Part shown: positions 1 through 13,049 of the stretch, one piece after another
How positions within the stretch are numbered: position 1 is the first letter of the stretch
How the letters are laid out: every line of letters begins with the position of its first letter
Origin: Isurus oxyrinchus
Lineage: Eukaryota
Assembly (NCBI GenBank): GCA_026770705.1
Contig: JANJGN010000004.1
Coordinates: forward strand, 141,794,001 to 141,858,000
Length of the DNA stretch: 64,000 nt
Direction of reading: 5' to 3'
Notes under the pieces: model-generated
The model's input: the letters and a program-made list of their open reading frames with translations, nothing else
What the model was told of the DNA's origin: nothing
The model's database searches: none
Translations under genes and position numbers: made by a program

Positions 1-1801
1 ACAAAGGAGGTGCCCTTGATGTGCAAAGGGCACCTCCCAAAAGAGGTAACTCCTCTCCTTCCCATCCTTTCAGCAAGTTTGGTGAAAACATGGGCTTCCC
101 ACTATGGTCCATCTTCTGCTGGCCAGCATATTATGGTAGTGGAGATGGACTTAGGCCCTTAAGTGCCCAATAATTGGTCACTTAAGGGCCTCAATAGGCC
201 TCTGGATGAGAGGCCTGGCAAGTGCCTTACCCACCCCTCCTTATTATACTGACCAGGTCGGGGGGGAGTTCAGCGGGGAGGCAGTGGGCTAGCCACCTGA
301 CACATTTTATGTACTCCCCCAGCCTTCAAACATGCTCGGCAGGGGGCCATAAAACCCAACACTCTATTTCTCACTCCAGATGCTTCCAGGCCTCATTAGT
401 ATTTCCAGAATTTTCTGTTCTTAATTCACTTTCAAAGTTAATTGTTGTGGTCTTATTGACCTCCGTAGGACCCCTGTTTGCTTGGGCTAATGATGCACAC
501 TTCTATTTCTAGGTGGTACTTGCACTGCCCATTTCAAGTCCTTAACCGAAATAGCAGTGATCTGTATATCAGTGGGAACAGGACAGTAAGTGTTGCATTG
601 CCATTACAATCATGCCATCACCCTATTCCTACCTGGAAGAGGAAATAGAAGCCAGGCATCTGATTCAACAAATGGGCAAAGTGATGACTAAATAAGTAGC
701 TCTGTACACAGATGAGAAATAAATAGCTGAAGATTATGTACAATTTATGGTGAATTACAGTAGTTCTATAACTAACAGAGGGTCTATGAGTCATGAGCAT
801 GAACATTGGTGAGAAAGTTTATGATGTAGCCTGCAGAGTTGAAAGATCATCAGTAACAAATTGATATAATACATTACAAAAATCATTTCAGTGACCAGAT
901 AATTGGATCATTAACTGAAAATTCACTGCAGTGAGTAATCCTTATTTAATATTATCATGTATACAAGAATTGGCTAGCAATGCCATATGTCTCACATGAT
1001 ATGTAGAATACATCAGGTCATGCTGAAGTACTGACTGCACTATATTTTCATTTTGCATCAGTGTACCTAATTTAGTGGCTACTGTGCCACTAAATCACAG
1101 TAACAGAAGCTGACAATGTAATGTTAATTTTTTTTAATTCAATATTTTAAAGAATATAAGACATTGATGGGAATGAGTTATATGGTTTTAATTTGACATC
1201 AGTGTTTTCCTGACATTCATGAGCTGTTCAAATATTCCTCTCAAGCTTTATGACACAATGAAAGCTGTCTGATTGGATTAGGGCCTTCTAGATGCCTTCC
1301 AAATTTCTGCATTCTATATTTAATTTCACTTCAGTGAACAATCAGTTCTAATCTTACCGCAGCAAATTGTCAGATTTCTGGGCAGAGAAATTACCATGAA
1401 AATATTTTCTTTATTGTTCTACCTCCTACAGTGGATGGCATTACTTTCTTAATATGGAATGACTCTGTTCATTTCTCCTCCCCCTCCCTTCCTAAATGAT
1501 TCCTCCCGTGCCCCCCCACCCCCCACCAACTTGTCTCAGGTATTCATAAGTTAGGGAAGATCTTTCCATTGTGAACTTCTAATTGTCTCTAAAGCTGAAT
1601 ATGAACTCATGCTCGTGGAAGATTTTCCCACTCGCAAGCTTCTAATGACTGGCAGGTCAATCAACGAGCATGCAATGGGTGATCACAAGAAAAATACAGA
1701 TCAGAAAGATCATTTGGCCTGCCTTAGACCCTACAGTAACACGAATTGTGAAATTCATTTGTGCTATTGCGTTCAATATCTTGTGTGGAAGATCATTCCA
1801 T

Positions 1802-2365
1802 GGACAAGATTTTCGGGTCGTCAGGTGGCCACGTTAGGCGGGCCCGAGAGCGGCCAGGAGATGGGCCAATGCCCGCGATCAGTCCCCAACCACGATTCCA
1901 CACTGGCTGGCCAATTAATGGCAAACCAGCGTGAAATGGGCACTGAAAGGTTCAATGCTGCCGGGTTGGCAGCAGGAGGAGAGCGAGCGCTGAAGTCTCC
2001 CCGGGTGTGGGGGAGTGCACAATGAAAGCTCCCTGAATGCAGAGAACTGCCTCAGGGAGCTAAAGAATTTAAAATGAAGGAATAAGGACGTAAAAATCCA
2101 GGAAAAATGTCCACACATCAGACTCACTCACCTAAGCATACAGATAGTAAAAATTCTGCCCAAACATTGATTTTTAATTGATATCAGAAACCTCATCCCA
2201 CCATTGGATGAGGTTTCCTCAAAAACCTGAAGGACATCTGGCCAACTTGCCTGCCCGCCAGTCATAATGTTAGACGGGCAGCAAAAAATCACAGCTAATT
2301 GATACTTTAATGGTCTTAATTGCCAACTCTCACGTGCACCCATCAACCGAAATATCACACGATAT
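1802..2365 (-). mobile_element. PIF/Harbinger-type MITE, partial copy
   Basis: TIR-like GGACAAGATTTT at 1802; shares internal hairpins (AGCTCCCTGA/TCAGGGAGCT at 2027-2061, GAAACCTCATCC/GGATGAGGTTTC) with the TSD-bounded copies at 13050, 47913 and 50124; right end unclear. Confidence 0.55.
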
Positions 2366-3819
2366 TGAATATAACTGCAATTTGAAATGAGACACCAAAA
2401 AATACTTAAAAATGCAAGGCCATTTTCCAAGGTGAAGGTGAAAAACTCAGGGGAGTGTGAAGAGAGAGACATTTTGTATCATTCAGAGACCCATCAAAAA
2501 TCGTCACTTTTTAAGGAAGAGACATTAAAATGCAAAGTGCTGGACGTTGAAACAATGGCTGCCACAAATAGGCCCACCAAAAACCCCTTGGAAATATATC
2601 CTCTACATCTGACTGCAGCCACAAAGTCAGCTAATCCAAATCAGCCTCAACATTTAAAAATGTATACCTTAAAGACAATCAAAGGACATATAACGATATA
2701 TTCTTTTAACTTTTTTACTGGACTCTAACTTCCCTTATTTCTGATACCTGTTTGTGTGGCATTGTGTTTTTGTTCCTCTCATATTTAGTGGTTAAGAAGT
2801 TTGCTCTTTCTTTAACTCAAGAAACCTTTGTTTGATTGGATCCTTATTGCTCACACCTTAAATCGTTAACTACATTTGGATTCGGAAAATTCATATCCTT
2901 GTGAAAAAAAAACTTAAACCTTTGTTGTGATCAACTGAGAAGGCTGAATAGAGGGGAGCCAGTTTACTCCTTCCCACCTGGTTATAACACACTGTTTTAA
3001 GGGGCTGCATTTAACGTGCCACGACCAGATGGTTTTCAGGGGAAGTTTCATGTAAATAAGGAGGAGGGGGTGCCCATCCCACCAATTTTCCACCCACTCC
3101 TGAGCTTACCCCTATAATACAGGGGTGGGCAGGTGCCAAAATTGTCAACCCGCTCGCTGTATTTAATTAGATAACCAAGGTTCAATTAGGCTTGTTGCTA
3201 ATCTAATTGTCCCTGCAAATACGCTGGCTGTGCCATAAAACATTTGGCATCGGCAGTCAAGTGGGAGTGTGCAGCCAGATTTTTTGAAATCTTGAAAGGA
3301 TGGTAAGGAAGGCGGGGTTTTATCTTCAGTGGCTGCCTTTTGTAGATTGAGGGGGGTGACCCACCTAAGATTGAAACCCCTCCCTTTCTTCCTTCATGCC
3401 TACTGTCTTAAACCCACCACCTCCACACCACCCTCTCTAACTTGTCCAAACCCTTCCCACCCAAGACCTCAGACTTATTTCTTTCTCGGGATCCATTGAG
3501 CCTTCTTTTGTTTCCTTGTTACAGTCCCGGCAGCTCCCATTAATGTTCTCAGTGCTGCCGGGACCGATGTTGTTGCCGGCCAGTACAATTGGCTAGCTGC
3601 TCCTGTGGGCGGTCTTCCACCTTAGTGAGGGGTGAAGTCCCATAGTGGCCCTGTTTAGCCTTCCTGCAGTGCTTAATGGCAAGCCAGCATGGAACAGGTC
3701 TGCCCCATGTCAATTTTTCTTCCAGTGGGTGTGGATAGCTAAGCACCACCACCACCGCACCCCGCACCCCCAGCACACTCCACAATACTGAGTCCAATAC
3801 CTCAGATTGTGTAATTAAA

Positions 3820-4200
3820 ACCCACTGAGGATTTGAATGCATAGCCTAGATTGACACTTGGCGCAGTACTGCAGAAGTGTTATATTTTCAACGTGCTATC
3901 TATTCAATGTGGTGTTAAACTGAGTATCTGTCTGCCAGCTCAGCTGGATGTAAAAGATCCCTTGATACTATTCAGTCTGATGGTTAATATCCCTCCTTCA
4001 ACCAATACCATGGAAACAGGTTACCGAATCACTGATTTATTTGTGATTCTGGGACCTTGCCTTTATATTGGCTGGCATAATTTGTTGGCATAGAAATAGT
4101 TACTATACTTCAAATGAAATCCACTGGCTTTGAAACATTTTGGGAATCCCTAAGGATGTGCTAAGATGCCCATAAATACAAAATTTTTTTCTTTCTTTCC
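3820..4200 (+). mobile_element. Degenerate Deu-domain-type SINE
   Basis: Recognised from memory of the family: CAGTACTGCAGAAGTG...CAGCTGGATGTAAAAGATCCC...CCTTCAACCAATACC...tail ending TTTCTTTCTTTC. Confidence 0.55.
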
Positions 4201-4289
4201 ACCCTTTGTTTAATACCCTTCCGTCATTCATTCCTAAGATTTAACGTGAATCTCCACAATTTGACATGAAAAGTTTCAAAGAGGAATTG

Positions 4290-4760
4290 TGCAATATGAC
4301 TAATGGCTGACAAATGTTCTGGACCAATTAGTCTTATCTTAGTTGTTGGTAAATTTCTAGGAACCATAAAAAAACAAGATGAAATTAATGAACATGGACT
4401 AACAAAAACAATCAGTATAAATTCACAAAAATATATTTGATGAACTTAATTGAATTTTTCAAGACCATCACAGAGTGTATAGAGAGGGAATGAGGTCATG
4501 ACGTATAAGGATTTCACTTATTTGATAAGGTGGCATATAAGAGAATTGCAATGAAAATTAGTCCACTTGGCATTCTAAGCTGTAAAGGTAGAGAGATGGC
4601 AATGGGAGATTAGAGATAGATGAATACTTTTAGGATTGGTGGTTTGTGAGTACTAGGGTGTCCAGGGATTTGTGCTGGGATTTCTTTTGTTTTCCATTAA
4701 TATAAATGATTTGAACATAGGCACAAGAAAAATGAAATCAATGTTTGCTGATAAAACAAT
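4290..4760 (+). mobile_element. Highly decayed CR1 LINE RT fragment
   Basis: Remnants of PISL.SVVGK, FDKV, QGSVLG-like and FADxT motifs with many stops and frameshifts. Confidence 0.5.
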
Positions 4761-4965
4761 TTTCTTTATATATCTTCTCTTGGGAAGTAGGTGACAGTGA
4801 CAAGGCAGCATTTATTGCTCATTCCTAGTTGCCCTCAGTGCATTAAGAGTCAACCACATAATATGGGGCTGGAGACACATATAAGCCAAACCAGAGATGG
4901 GTGATAGGTCCACCCTAGAAGGAGAACAGTAATGAAACAGTTGGATTTTTACAACAATCTGATAT
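4760..4965 (-). mobile_element. SINE copy related to the tRNA-headed LINE (body plus 3' tail)
   Basis: Reverse strand reads ...ATGTGGTTGACTCTTAATGCACTG joined to AGGGCAACTAGGAATGAGCAATAAATGCTG..., homologous to 58492-58812. Confidence 0.6.
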
Positions 4966-6020
4966 CTGTAAAAGCTATGTTTTTCTTCTGGTACCAGACC
5001 AGAAAATACCTGAGTTAATTAATTATATTTCCATACTATTTGTTGTGGTCATTTCATTTGCAGGATGGGGTTCCATGCAGACTTCCAATTCATCTCTCCC
5101 CATGTCATGTCCAGGGGGGCTCCTAAAATAATTGAGGAGATTCTTCCAGTGCATATCCTGATAAGGCAAAAATAATCTATGCCAACTGAGAGCAGGTTTT
5201 ATGATGGACTTAGAGAAGAACACCAACTTATGCTAAAGTAATCAAAACCACATGGATTGGTTGATTTGTTCTACAGGGTAAAAGGCATTTTTTTATCTTC
5301 AGCCTGGAATGTCCTGGGACGCCCTTAGGTCAAGAAGTTGTGGGTTTCTCTATTTTCTGATTGACATATCAGAGTAGCTGCACACAAAACAGCTTGTAGC
5401 CACAATATTCTTGCCCTAATAATGCAAATATCTTCAGTCCTAAGATTTAGGACTTGATCACTGGCTTCAGGCTAAAATGGACAAAGGTTCATCAGGGAAT
5501 GGACCCCCAGGAATTTCAGGGCCATTGTGTTCAAGGCTCATTAAGGCAATGATCCTTCAACAAATGGACAATCTAATGGAAGCCCCCACTATGTATTTTC
5601 AAATAGCAGATAGGTATTTTGTAATCTTTCCCCTTCTGTCTAGCTCCATCAGCCTTCACCTGTGGGCCCGTTACTGGAGTGAAATTTTGCATGGTTGCAA
5701 TATGTATTGGAGTGAGTGGAAGATTGCTTCAAGGGCAATATAGGACAGAAATACAATGGATGATGCTACCCCTGAGCAAATATAAGGCTTTTGAGCTTCC
5801 TCCTCCTCAGTTTCCTCAGTCATCTCTTGGCTAAGGGTCTCTATAGCACTTTGTTCAAGCCTTTGTTCAGGCCATCACATTACTCTTCTTCTTCCTATGT
5901 ATAGATGGTACCTCCAGATATTTGCTGATTTTTCCTGCAAACAGTTAGGAAAGGAACACAAATAAGATAGATGCCATAATAATCCCAAGATTAGCCATTT
6001 TATGGACTATGAGATATTTG

Positions 6021-6058
6021 CAGAGTTAACATTTCAGGCTGATGACCTTTCATCAGGT
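6021..6058 (-). ncRNA. Minimal hammerhead ribozyme-like motif (Penelope-type)
   Basis: Minus strand CUGAUGA-A-AGGU-CAUCA-GCCU-GAAA-UGUUA-ACUCUG: both core boxes intact and stem II pairs; 5' strand of stem I appears lost. Confidence 0.55.
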
Positions 6059-6449
6059 GTTACATAAGGAGTAGTTGAGGTGACTTGCATAGATCCACTT
6101 AAGAGGAAGGTAGATAAATACATGAGGGAGAAAGGAAAAGAAGGACGTACTGATGGGGTTAGATGAGAAAGGTTGGGAGGAGGCTCATGTGGAACTATGA
6201 ACCTATTAGGTTGAATGTCCTGGAAATACTATATAATATTATGTAAGTTTCCTTCCTTCCTTTCTTCCTCCCTCCCTCCTCCACCATGCAGGTTTGGCAC
6301 TGCTGTTCATAACCAAGTGGCAATCAGATTCACAACTAGAGGACATCCCGAAGCACTTCACAGGCAATGAAGTATTTCTGAAGTTGCTTAATAGTCCAAA
6401 ACTTGTATATTGCTTGTGCTCATCAGGAAAACACATGAAGACCAAATGT

Positions 6450-6740
6450 CAAATGATCATCCTATAGTGGAAAACACTACTGGCATAGTCACTGCATTAT
6501 AGCCAGTGTGAAATGGCTAGCTTCACTTGTTGTTCAAAAATTTTAGATACTTTGCCTTTCCAGGGTAATTTGAGGTAGACCAAGTACTTTTGAGGTCCAA
6601 AAATGATGACCTTTGGCCCATTTGTCAGTTTACTCAATACACAGCTAACAACGATCTGATCAGGACATCCATTGTCCAGCAGGATAGCTTTGGTGTGCTC
6701 TGTTTCTGCATCAAGCTTGCAAGATGAGAAAATGAGTATG
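6450..6740 (-). mobile_element. Penelope-like element fragment (RT thumb/linker), inverted relative to its 3' end
   Basis: ORF 6497-6799 contains KLDAE...AILLDNGCPDQIV...YLKLPWKGKVS, matching the PLE NGYP and LPY-G region. Confidence 0.7.
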
Positions 6741-6809
6741 TTAAAAGCTACACTAACAACCAATTTAAGATAATCAGTTGAGTTCGTAACATGGCTCATT
6801 TATTCCTGC

Positions 6810-8100
6810 CAGAAGGCAGTTCTATCAAACAGCACTTACTCAGCCATAGCCTGCACACTGATGCTCAGATTGGGTTCCGCCAGCGCCACTCAGCTCCTGA
6901 CCTCGTTAAGCCTTGATCCAAACATGAACAAAAGAACTGAACTGAAGAGGGGAGTTGAGAGCGACTGCCCATGACATCAAGACAGCTTTTGACTGAGTGT
7001 GACATCAAGAAACCCGAGCAAAACTGAAGTCAAAGGAATCAGGGGAAAGCTCACCACTTGTTGGAGTCATACCTAACACGAAGAAGATGGTGGTGATTGT
7101 TGGAGATCACTCATTTGAGCCCCAGGAGATTGCTGCAGGAGTTCTCCAGAGTAGTATCCTAAACCCAGCCATCTTCAACTGCTTCATCAATGACTTTCCT
7201 TCCTTCATAAGGTCAGAAGCGGGGATGCTCCCTGATGATTGCACAATGTTCAGCACCATTCACAACTCCTCAGATACTGATGCAGCCTGTGCCCATATGC
7301 AGCAAGGCTTGGACAACATTCAGTCTTGGGCTAATAAGTGGCAAGAAACATGCGCACCACACAAGTGCCAGGCAATGACCAAGTCCAACAAGAGAGAATC
7401 TAACCATCTCCCCTTGAAATTCAATGGCATTACCATCCCCCACCATCAGCATCCTTGGCATTACCATTGACCAGAGTTGAACTGGACCAGCCATAAAAAT
7501 ACTGTGGCTACAAGAGCAGGTCAGAGGCTGGGAATTCTGCAGCAAGTAACTCACCTCTTGACCTGCAAAGGCCAGTCCACCATCTACAATTCACAAGTCA
7601 GGAGTGTGATGGAATATTCTCCACGTGCCTGAATGAGTGCTGCTCCAACAACACTTAAGAAGCTCAACAACATCCAGGGCAAAGCGGCCTGTTTAACTGG
7701 CACCACATTCCCACCACCACCAACACACAATGACAGCAGTGTGTGCCATCTACAAGATACACTGCAGCAATTCAACAAGGTTCTTTTGACAGCACCTTCC
7801 AAACCAGTGACCCCTACAACCTAGAAGGACAAGGGCAGCAGATACATGGGAACACCATGACCTGGAAGTCTGCCTCCAAGCCACACACCATCCTGACTTG
7901 GAGGTATATCATCATCCTTTCACAGTTGCTGGGTCAAAATCCTGGAAAATCCCCTCTTAAGAGCATTTGTATGCACCTACAACACATGGACTACAGCGGT
8001 TCAAGAAGGCAGCTCACCACCACTTTCTTAAGTGAAATTAGGGATGGGCAACAAAAGCTGGCCAAGCCAGCAATGCCCACATCCTGTGAACAAATTAATT
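6810..8100 (+). mobile_element. 5'-truncated non-LTR retrotransposon of the tRNA-headed APE-RT family
   Basis: DIKTAFD, GVLQSSIL, FINDFPS and MLPDDCT RT motifs; family tail AATTAGGGATGGGCAACAAA...CCCACATCCTGTGAA. Confidence 0.85.
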
Positions 8101-8332
8101 GTAAAAAGCAGACATATATTCATAGGCACGGACCCATTCCTTGAAAGAAAAGGAATATGTTCAAGCCTTGCACATTTTTTGAATTTTCTGGGAGCTTCGG
8201 GAGCCGTTAGTTCCCTGTTGCTTTCTCCATAGCAATGCTTCAGCCAATCAAAGTTGACTTGACAATCAATCAGCACTCTTTTCTCCTGTAGTATAAATTG
8301 TTGTGCTCATTTAAAGTTTGGCATTTTTGCAT

Positions 8333-8368
8333 TTGTCCTGATGAGTGCAAGACGAAAAGTTTTGGTAA
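8333..8368 (+). ncRNA. Minimal type I hammerhead ribozyme-like motif
   Basis: UUGUC-CUGAUGA-GUGCAAGAC-GAAA-AGUUUU-GGUAA: core boxes intact; stem I UUGUC/GGUAA pairs with G-U wobbles; lies in a PLE 3' region. Confidence 0.65.
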
Positions 8369-8749
8369 CATATCTCCCTTTTCACCAATACTTCTGAACT
8401 GCTGTAATATAAGGTATAAGGCAGCCAACCTAAACCTTCTGACTCAGAGTGCTACCAACTGATCCATGTCTGACACAATAGCTTTGAGGTAGTTTTAAGA
8501 GCTGCAGGTGCCTAATAACATGGCCTCTGATTCTAGTGCCACTCAGTATCAGGGGAGTTTCTCCAAAAAATTCAAATGATGTAAGAAATGCAGTTAGAAG
8601 AGGTCATAAAAGGAAAATGGGATTCTAAGTTTTGTAATGGGCAGCAATGAATACAACAGCAAGGAACTGATGATGAGCTTGCTTTAAACAGCTGTTTGGA
8701 CACAGCTGGAATATTGTATGCATTTCCTGTTATCAAAAGGATAGTGGAG

Positions 8750-10060
8750 TGAAAGGAGAGAACACTCCCTTTGTAATGTTGAATGAGGAGGGGGTGATTT
8801 GTTTTGTGGTTGTACCATTCTGGAGTTGGCAGGAATGGTGGACAGTTATCCTGTCAATGTGAAGACTGGTCAGGTGGAAGATATTGACAAAGGGAATTCT
8901 ATCATGGTTCAGGGAGGGGAAGGGACCAAATCAGAAGTGCAGGAAATGGGGTTGACATGGTCAAGGGTTCTGCTTACCACAGTGGAGGGGAATCCTTGGT
9001 TGAAGAAAGAGGAAGATATAATGGAAATACATGTAATGAAGGTGGCATTGTCAGAACAGATACAATGAAGACAAAGAAGCTGGGAGAATGGAATAGAGCC
9101 CGTATAAGTAACAGAGTAGGAAGAAATGTAATCAGAGTAACTGTGGGAGCCAGTCCACTTTTAGTAGATATTGGTCGACTACCATCTCTAGAAATTGAGT
9201 CAGAGAAGTTGAGGAAGGGGAAGGAAGAGTCAGAGGTGTGGGAGGGACAAAAATTTGAAGCAAAGTTTATGAAATTTTCTAGTTCAGTGGGAAAGTAGAA
9301 ATTAGTGCTAATACAGTTATCATTGTGCCAGAGATGAGAGACGTGACCTGAGGAGGGAAGGAACAGAGAATATTCCACATATCCCATGAAAAGTTAATTG
9401 TTAGGACCCATAAAGCTTCCTATAGCAACACCTTTTATTTGGAAGAATTGAGTGGAGTCAAAGGAGAAGTTGTTCAATATAAGTTCTGGCAGGTAAAGGA
9501 GGGCAGTGATGGATGGGAATTGGATGGGCTTCCATTGCAGAAAAATGTTTAAGTGTCAGAGGGCATTGGGAAAATTGAGGATGTTGGTGGGAACATACTG
9601 GACAAGGGGAGAAAAGTTAGGTTGAAATAGAAAGAAATCAGTTGTATGGGCCAAGAAGATATTGGAACAATGGATCTACCTGGGTATTCCTGTTTGTGAA
9701 TCTTAGTAAGGAGATAGAAATGTGAGGTTGGTGGGTTATGAGGTTGGAGTCCTGGATGGAAGATCTCCAGAGGAAATAAGGGCAGTCTAGGAAACGATGG
9801 GTTGATTTTCACTGATGTGGTCATGGTCCTGGGGGAGGTAAAAGAAGGTGTCAAAGAGTTGGCATTCAGTCTCTGGGAGGTTGGTTGGTTAGCTGAACAA
9901 CAACAGCACCACTCTTGCCAGCAGCTTTGATGACAATATTTAGGTAGAAGCTGAGAGAGCAGAATGCTTCATGTTCAGAGGGAGGTAGGCTAGAATGAGT
10001 TAGTGGAGTAGAAACTAGATAGAGGATGTCATGCCAGCAGTTCCCAATGAAAATGTCTGG
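8750..10060 (-). mobile_element. Old Penelope-like element, RT region, decayed
   Basis: Fragments IVIKAAGKSGAVVV, FYLLTKIHK..PGRSIV, MGYVEYSLF and ELENFINFASNF are collinear with the 27644-29722 ORF. Confidence 0.8.
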
Positions 10061-10707
10061 AAAGTGTAAGAAGCTAGAGTGAGGAATTAATTGCCCATTT
10101 ATAAGCATCAATTGATGGCGGGGCTGGAAGGTTGTCCATGGGCCTTCCCACCATGGACTTAATTGGGGTGGAGGCAGGAAGGGGCCCACTCAATTAAATG
10201 CATCCCCCACCACCAAACTCATCATGGGGGAAGGCACAAGATTCTGCCCAGAATTTCCTCATAGCAGCTGGAAATCTCAGCAGTTAATGCAATTTCCAAC
10301 TTAAGCCCTAGGATCCAGTTATAGGCCCATGTTGCAAACAACAATCACTTAACTGACCAACTTTTTGAGTCATCTTATTTATAATTATCTTTATGTTACA
10401 CTATGAATATGATTTACAGCTGAAAACATTAACCTGACTAAAGAAGGAAAAGAGAATTGAAGACAGTGTGAAGAAATTATTTGATTTTTTTTCACAGTTT
10501 GGTTTTGTGGTACTTGCTGGATTGTGAATAATGGCTTTGAAAAAAAACATTTGAGAACTTGATTGCTTAGATTTTTCTGGTTACTCATTCTTTATTGGTA
10601 CTTTTTACAACTTTGGATTTATTTGCATTTAGTTGATCAAGTATTTGATGGTTAACTTTAAAAAATCAGGGCTATTCGAGGCATTCATAATTTTTTACCA
10701 ATAGACT

Positions 10708-10830
10708 AGTGACACTTTGGAAGTGTTATGTCCTAACATGTGATACTTTGAGGTGTCATGCCCTAGGTTTGACACTTTGAAATGTTGTGTTTTTGAAGTG
10801 ATACTTTCTCAGATCTGACACTTTTGAAAA
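10708..10830 (+). repeat. Degenerate ~30-bp tandem repeat
   Basis: TGAYACTTT recurs at about 10710, 10741, 10770, 10799 and 10816. Confidence 0.45.
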
Positions 10831-12509
10831 CTGTGATGTTATAGATGAACGCTAAATGCAGGGCTTTTAATTATATGGATATATTGATGTAAACAGAAAT
10901 CATATTCTTAAAAGCATGGCATGTTCTAAACCGGTCCCTCGAATGCACATTCTAGTTTAGCAGCTTTTTAACTTACTTTAATCCAAACAAATGTGAGTAA
11001 TAAAATCGATTATTATTCCTGTTTTTATTCATGGTCATGTTTTTTTCCAGATCATTTTATGAAAAGATTCACTGGCATAATCATAAACAAATGAATAAGT
11101 GCTTATTAAGGTTCTTATTTTAAATTGTTAACATGATTATTAATTGATTGTAACTTTCAGATAACTATGATATTGTGGCACTGTAAACATAGGTTTATTT
11201 TGCAGTAAAATTGTGGTTATTATATGAAAATGAACAGGTAACTTTTTGTTTTTGTACTAATAAGTAATATCACATGGGACAAGTTTTTTTTTAAATAGTT
11301 TTACCACATTTTTCTGTGTCTGTACACTATCTGTTCAACAGTGGCTTCTTAACCAAAGAGAAACATTAACCCTATTGATACATATGTTGCTCAGAAATTT
11401 CACTGTGATTGGTATTATCCGTCATAGATCGCTAAAATCTCAATTGATGCTGAAACAGCATATAGTTCCAAAGCAAGTATTTATGTCAAAAATTAAACTG
11501 CTATAACCTTGTTTACTATATTGGAATTTGGAACAAGGAAGCATTTTGAATGACAAAGCCTTTGATTCTTCTTGAGCATTGTAACTGTGTCACTCAGGAT
11601 TATGCACCATTACTTAGGAGATGTGTGTTGAATGGCAGAACCTGTGAGACCAGCTCTAATTGTAATCACATTGTATTTTAATTTGCTGTGTGTTAAGCTA
11701 GAGCACATACCAATGTAATAGATGCCCTCTTCTACCATGCCTGACCCACACAAAGTTCTTCAATTATGTGTTAAGTGATACAGTAGTATTATTTTAGATT
11801 TGACATTAATTGGTCAGGTGTTATATTTTGATCATGCTCTTCACTCAGTTGTTGGTGTAAATGTTGTTAAGATAGTGCAATGCACAAACCACACAGTAAC
11901 ACTTTTTTATTTGTTTAGCAGAGTTGAACATTTTCCCCAGCATTTACTTCAGACCTATTTGGCTTTCATCTCTCCTATATAATGTTAACATTCGAGTGCT
12001 GGAGGGAGCCCATAAAGTTACGGGGTAAGGATAGCAGGAAATCTTCCTAAGAGAGGGATAAATCAATAAACTCCAGAGAAATGACTTCATATCAATGCTT
12101 GTTGTTGGGAGGAAAAAGAACAATAACATGATCTGGGAGATCAAGGTCACAGGACTCACGACAATTCAATGAAGCTTGAGTTCCATTGACATGCTACCTA
12201 CTTGGTCCTCCAAAAGGGAGTAGGATATACAGAGTATATGGTTTCAAAAGTGTGCCTGAATCCAGAATTAGATCTATGGCAATAATGTTCTCACTGGAAG
12301 TGAAAGTGACCACCACTGTTGGCACCATGCTGATATGACTTGGATCACTCGATATGGGACTCATTGATTTACTACTAAGGTAATAGATACCCTCTTCTAC
12401 CATGCCTGATGCACACAAAGTTCTTCAGCAACTTGCAGCCCCCACTGAAGAAGTGGACACAGTCTCACTAGTCATCTGATATTTCATAACGCTAAGCTAT
12501 CATTTTTAA

Positions 12510-12603
12510 AAATTAATTCATGAGATGTGGCTGTCACTGGCTAGGCCAGCATTTATTGCCCGTCCCTAATTGCCCTTGAGAAGCTGGTGATGAGCTGCCT
12601 TCA
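12510..12603 (-). mobile_element. 3' tail of the tRNA-headed LINE family
   Basis: Revcomp GAAGGCAGCTCATCACCAGCTTCTCAAGGGCAATTAGGGACGGGCAATAAATGCTGGCC. Confidence 0.65.
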
Positions 12604-13049
12604 TTGATTACAGTTGCAAAGTAAATCAACTGCAGAAGACCAATGCAATGGGTGCTGATCAACATTTATTTTCCTTTGAGGCCTTGATATGGTTATTCCT
12701 GAAAACAGAACCAAATACCTATACATTGCCATTGTAAAGATATTGACAGTTATATGCATGTATATCAATGTGATATTATGCATCACGATCCTGATTATTT
12801 GCCTTGGCATTTCAAACTGTACATGAACTTGTGTATCTGTCCAAGTGTGATAGCTTGTTTGAGTTTTCATTTGTTTCCACCTCACACTTGTGGAGCTCTT
12901 CATTTAGCAATGCCTGTTCAACCGATAAAAGACTTTTCTTAGTTCTGTTATACCATCCCTCATATAAAAATTCATAATATTCTGAAGGTTGTGGCATTAA
13001 AATGGGCCAACTTGTCCAATTTTTATATTCAACAGTTGAGAAGAACATT

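Larger units (their letters stand above)
6742..8390 (+). mobile_element. Penelope-like element 3' end (GIY-YIG C-terminus plus terminal repeat), split by a LINE
   Basis: KSYTNNQFKIIS*VRNMAHL at 6743-6802 continues as TYIHRHGPI at about 8112, followed by a UTR containing a hammerhead motif. Confidence 0.6.
6330..8478 (-). mobile_element. Deu-type SINE split into a tail (6330-6393) and a body/head (8388-8478) by nested insertions
   Basis: Tail revcomp TTCAGAAATACTTCATTGCCTGTGAAGTGCTTCGGGATGTCC; head revcomp GTGTCAGACATGGATCAGTTGGTAGCACTCTGAGTCAGAAGG; similar ~21-nt sequences flank the interruption. Confidence 0.5.

Noticed and set aside
6291-6470. Candidate exon after a polypyrimidine tract
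   Set aside because: The sequence is better explained as an antisense SINE tail and a Penelope fragment
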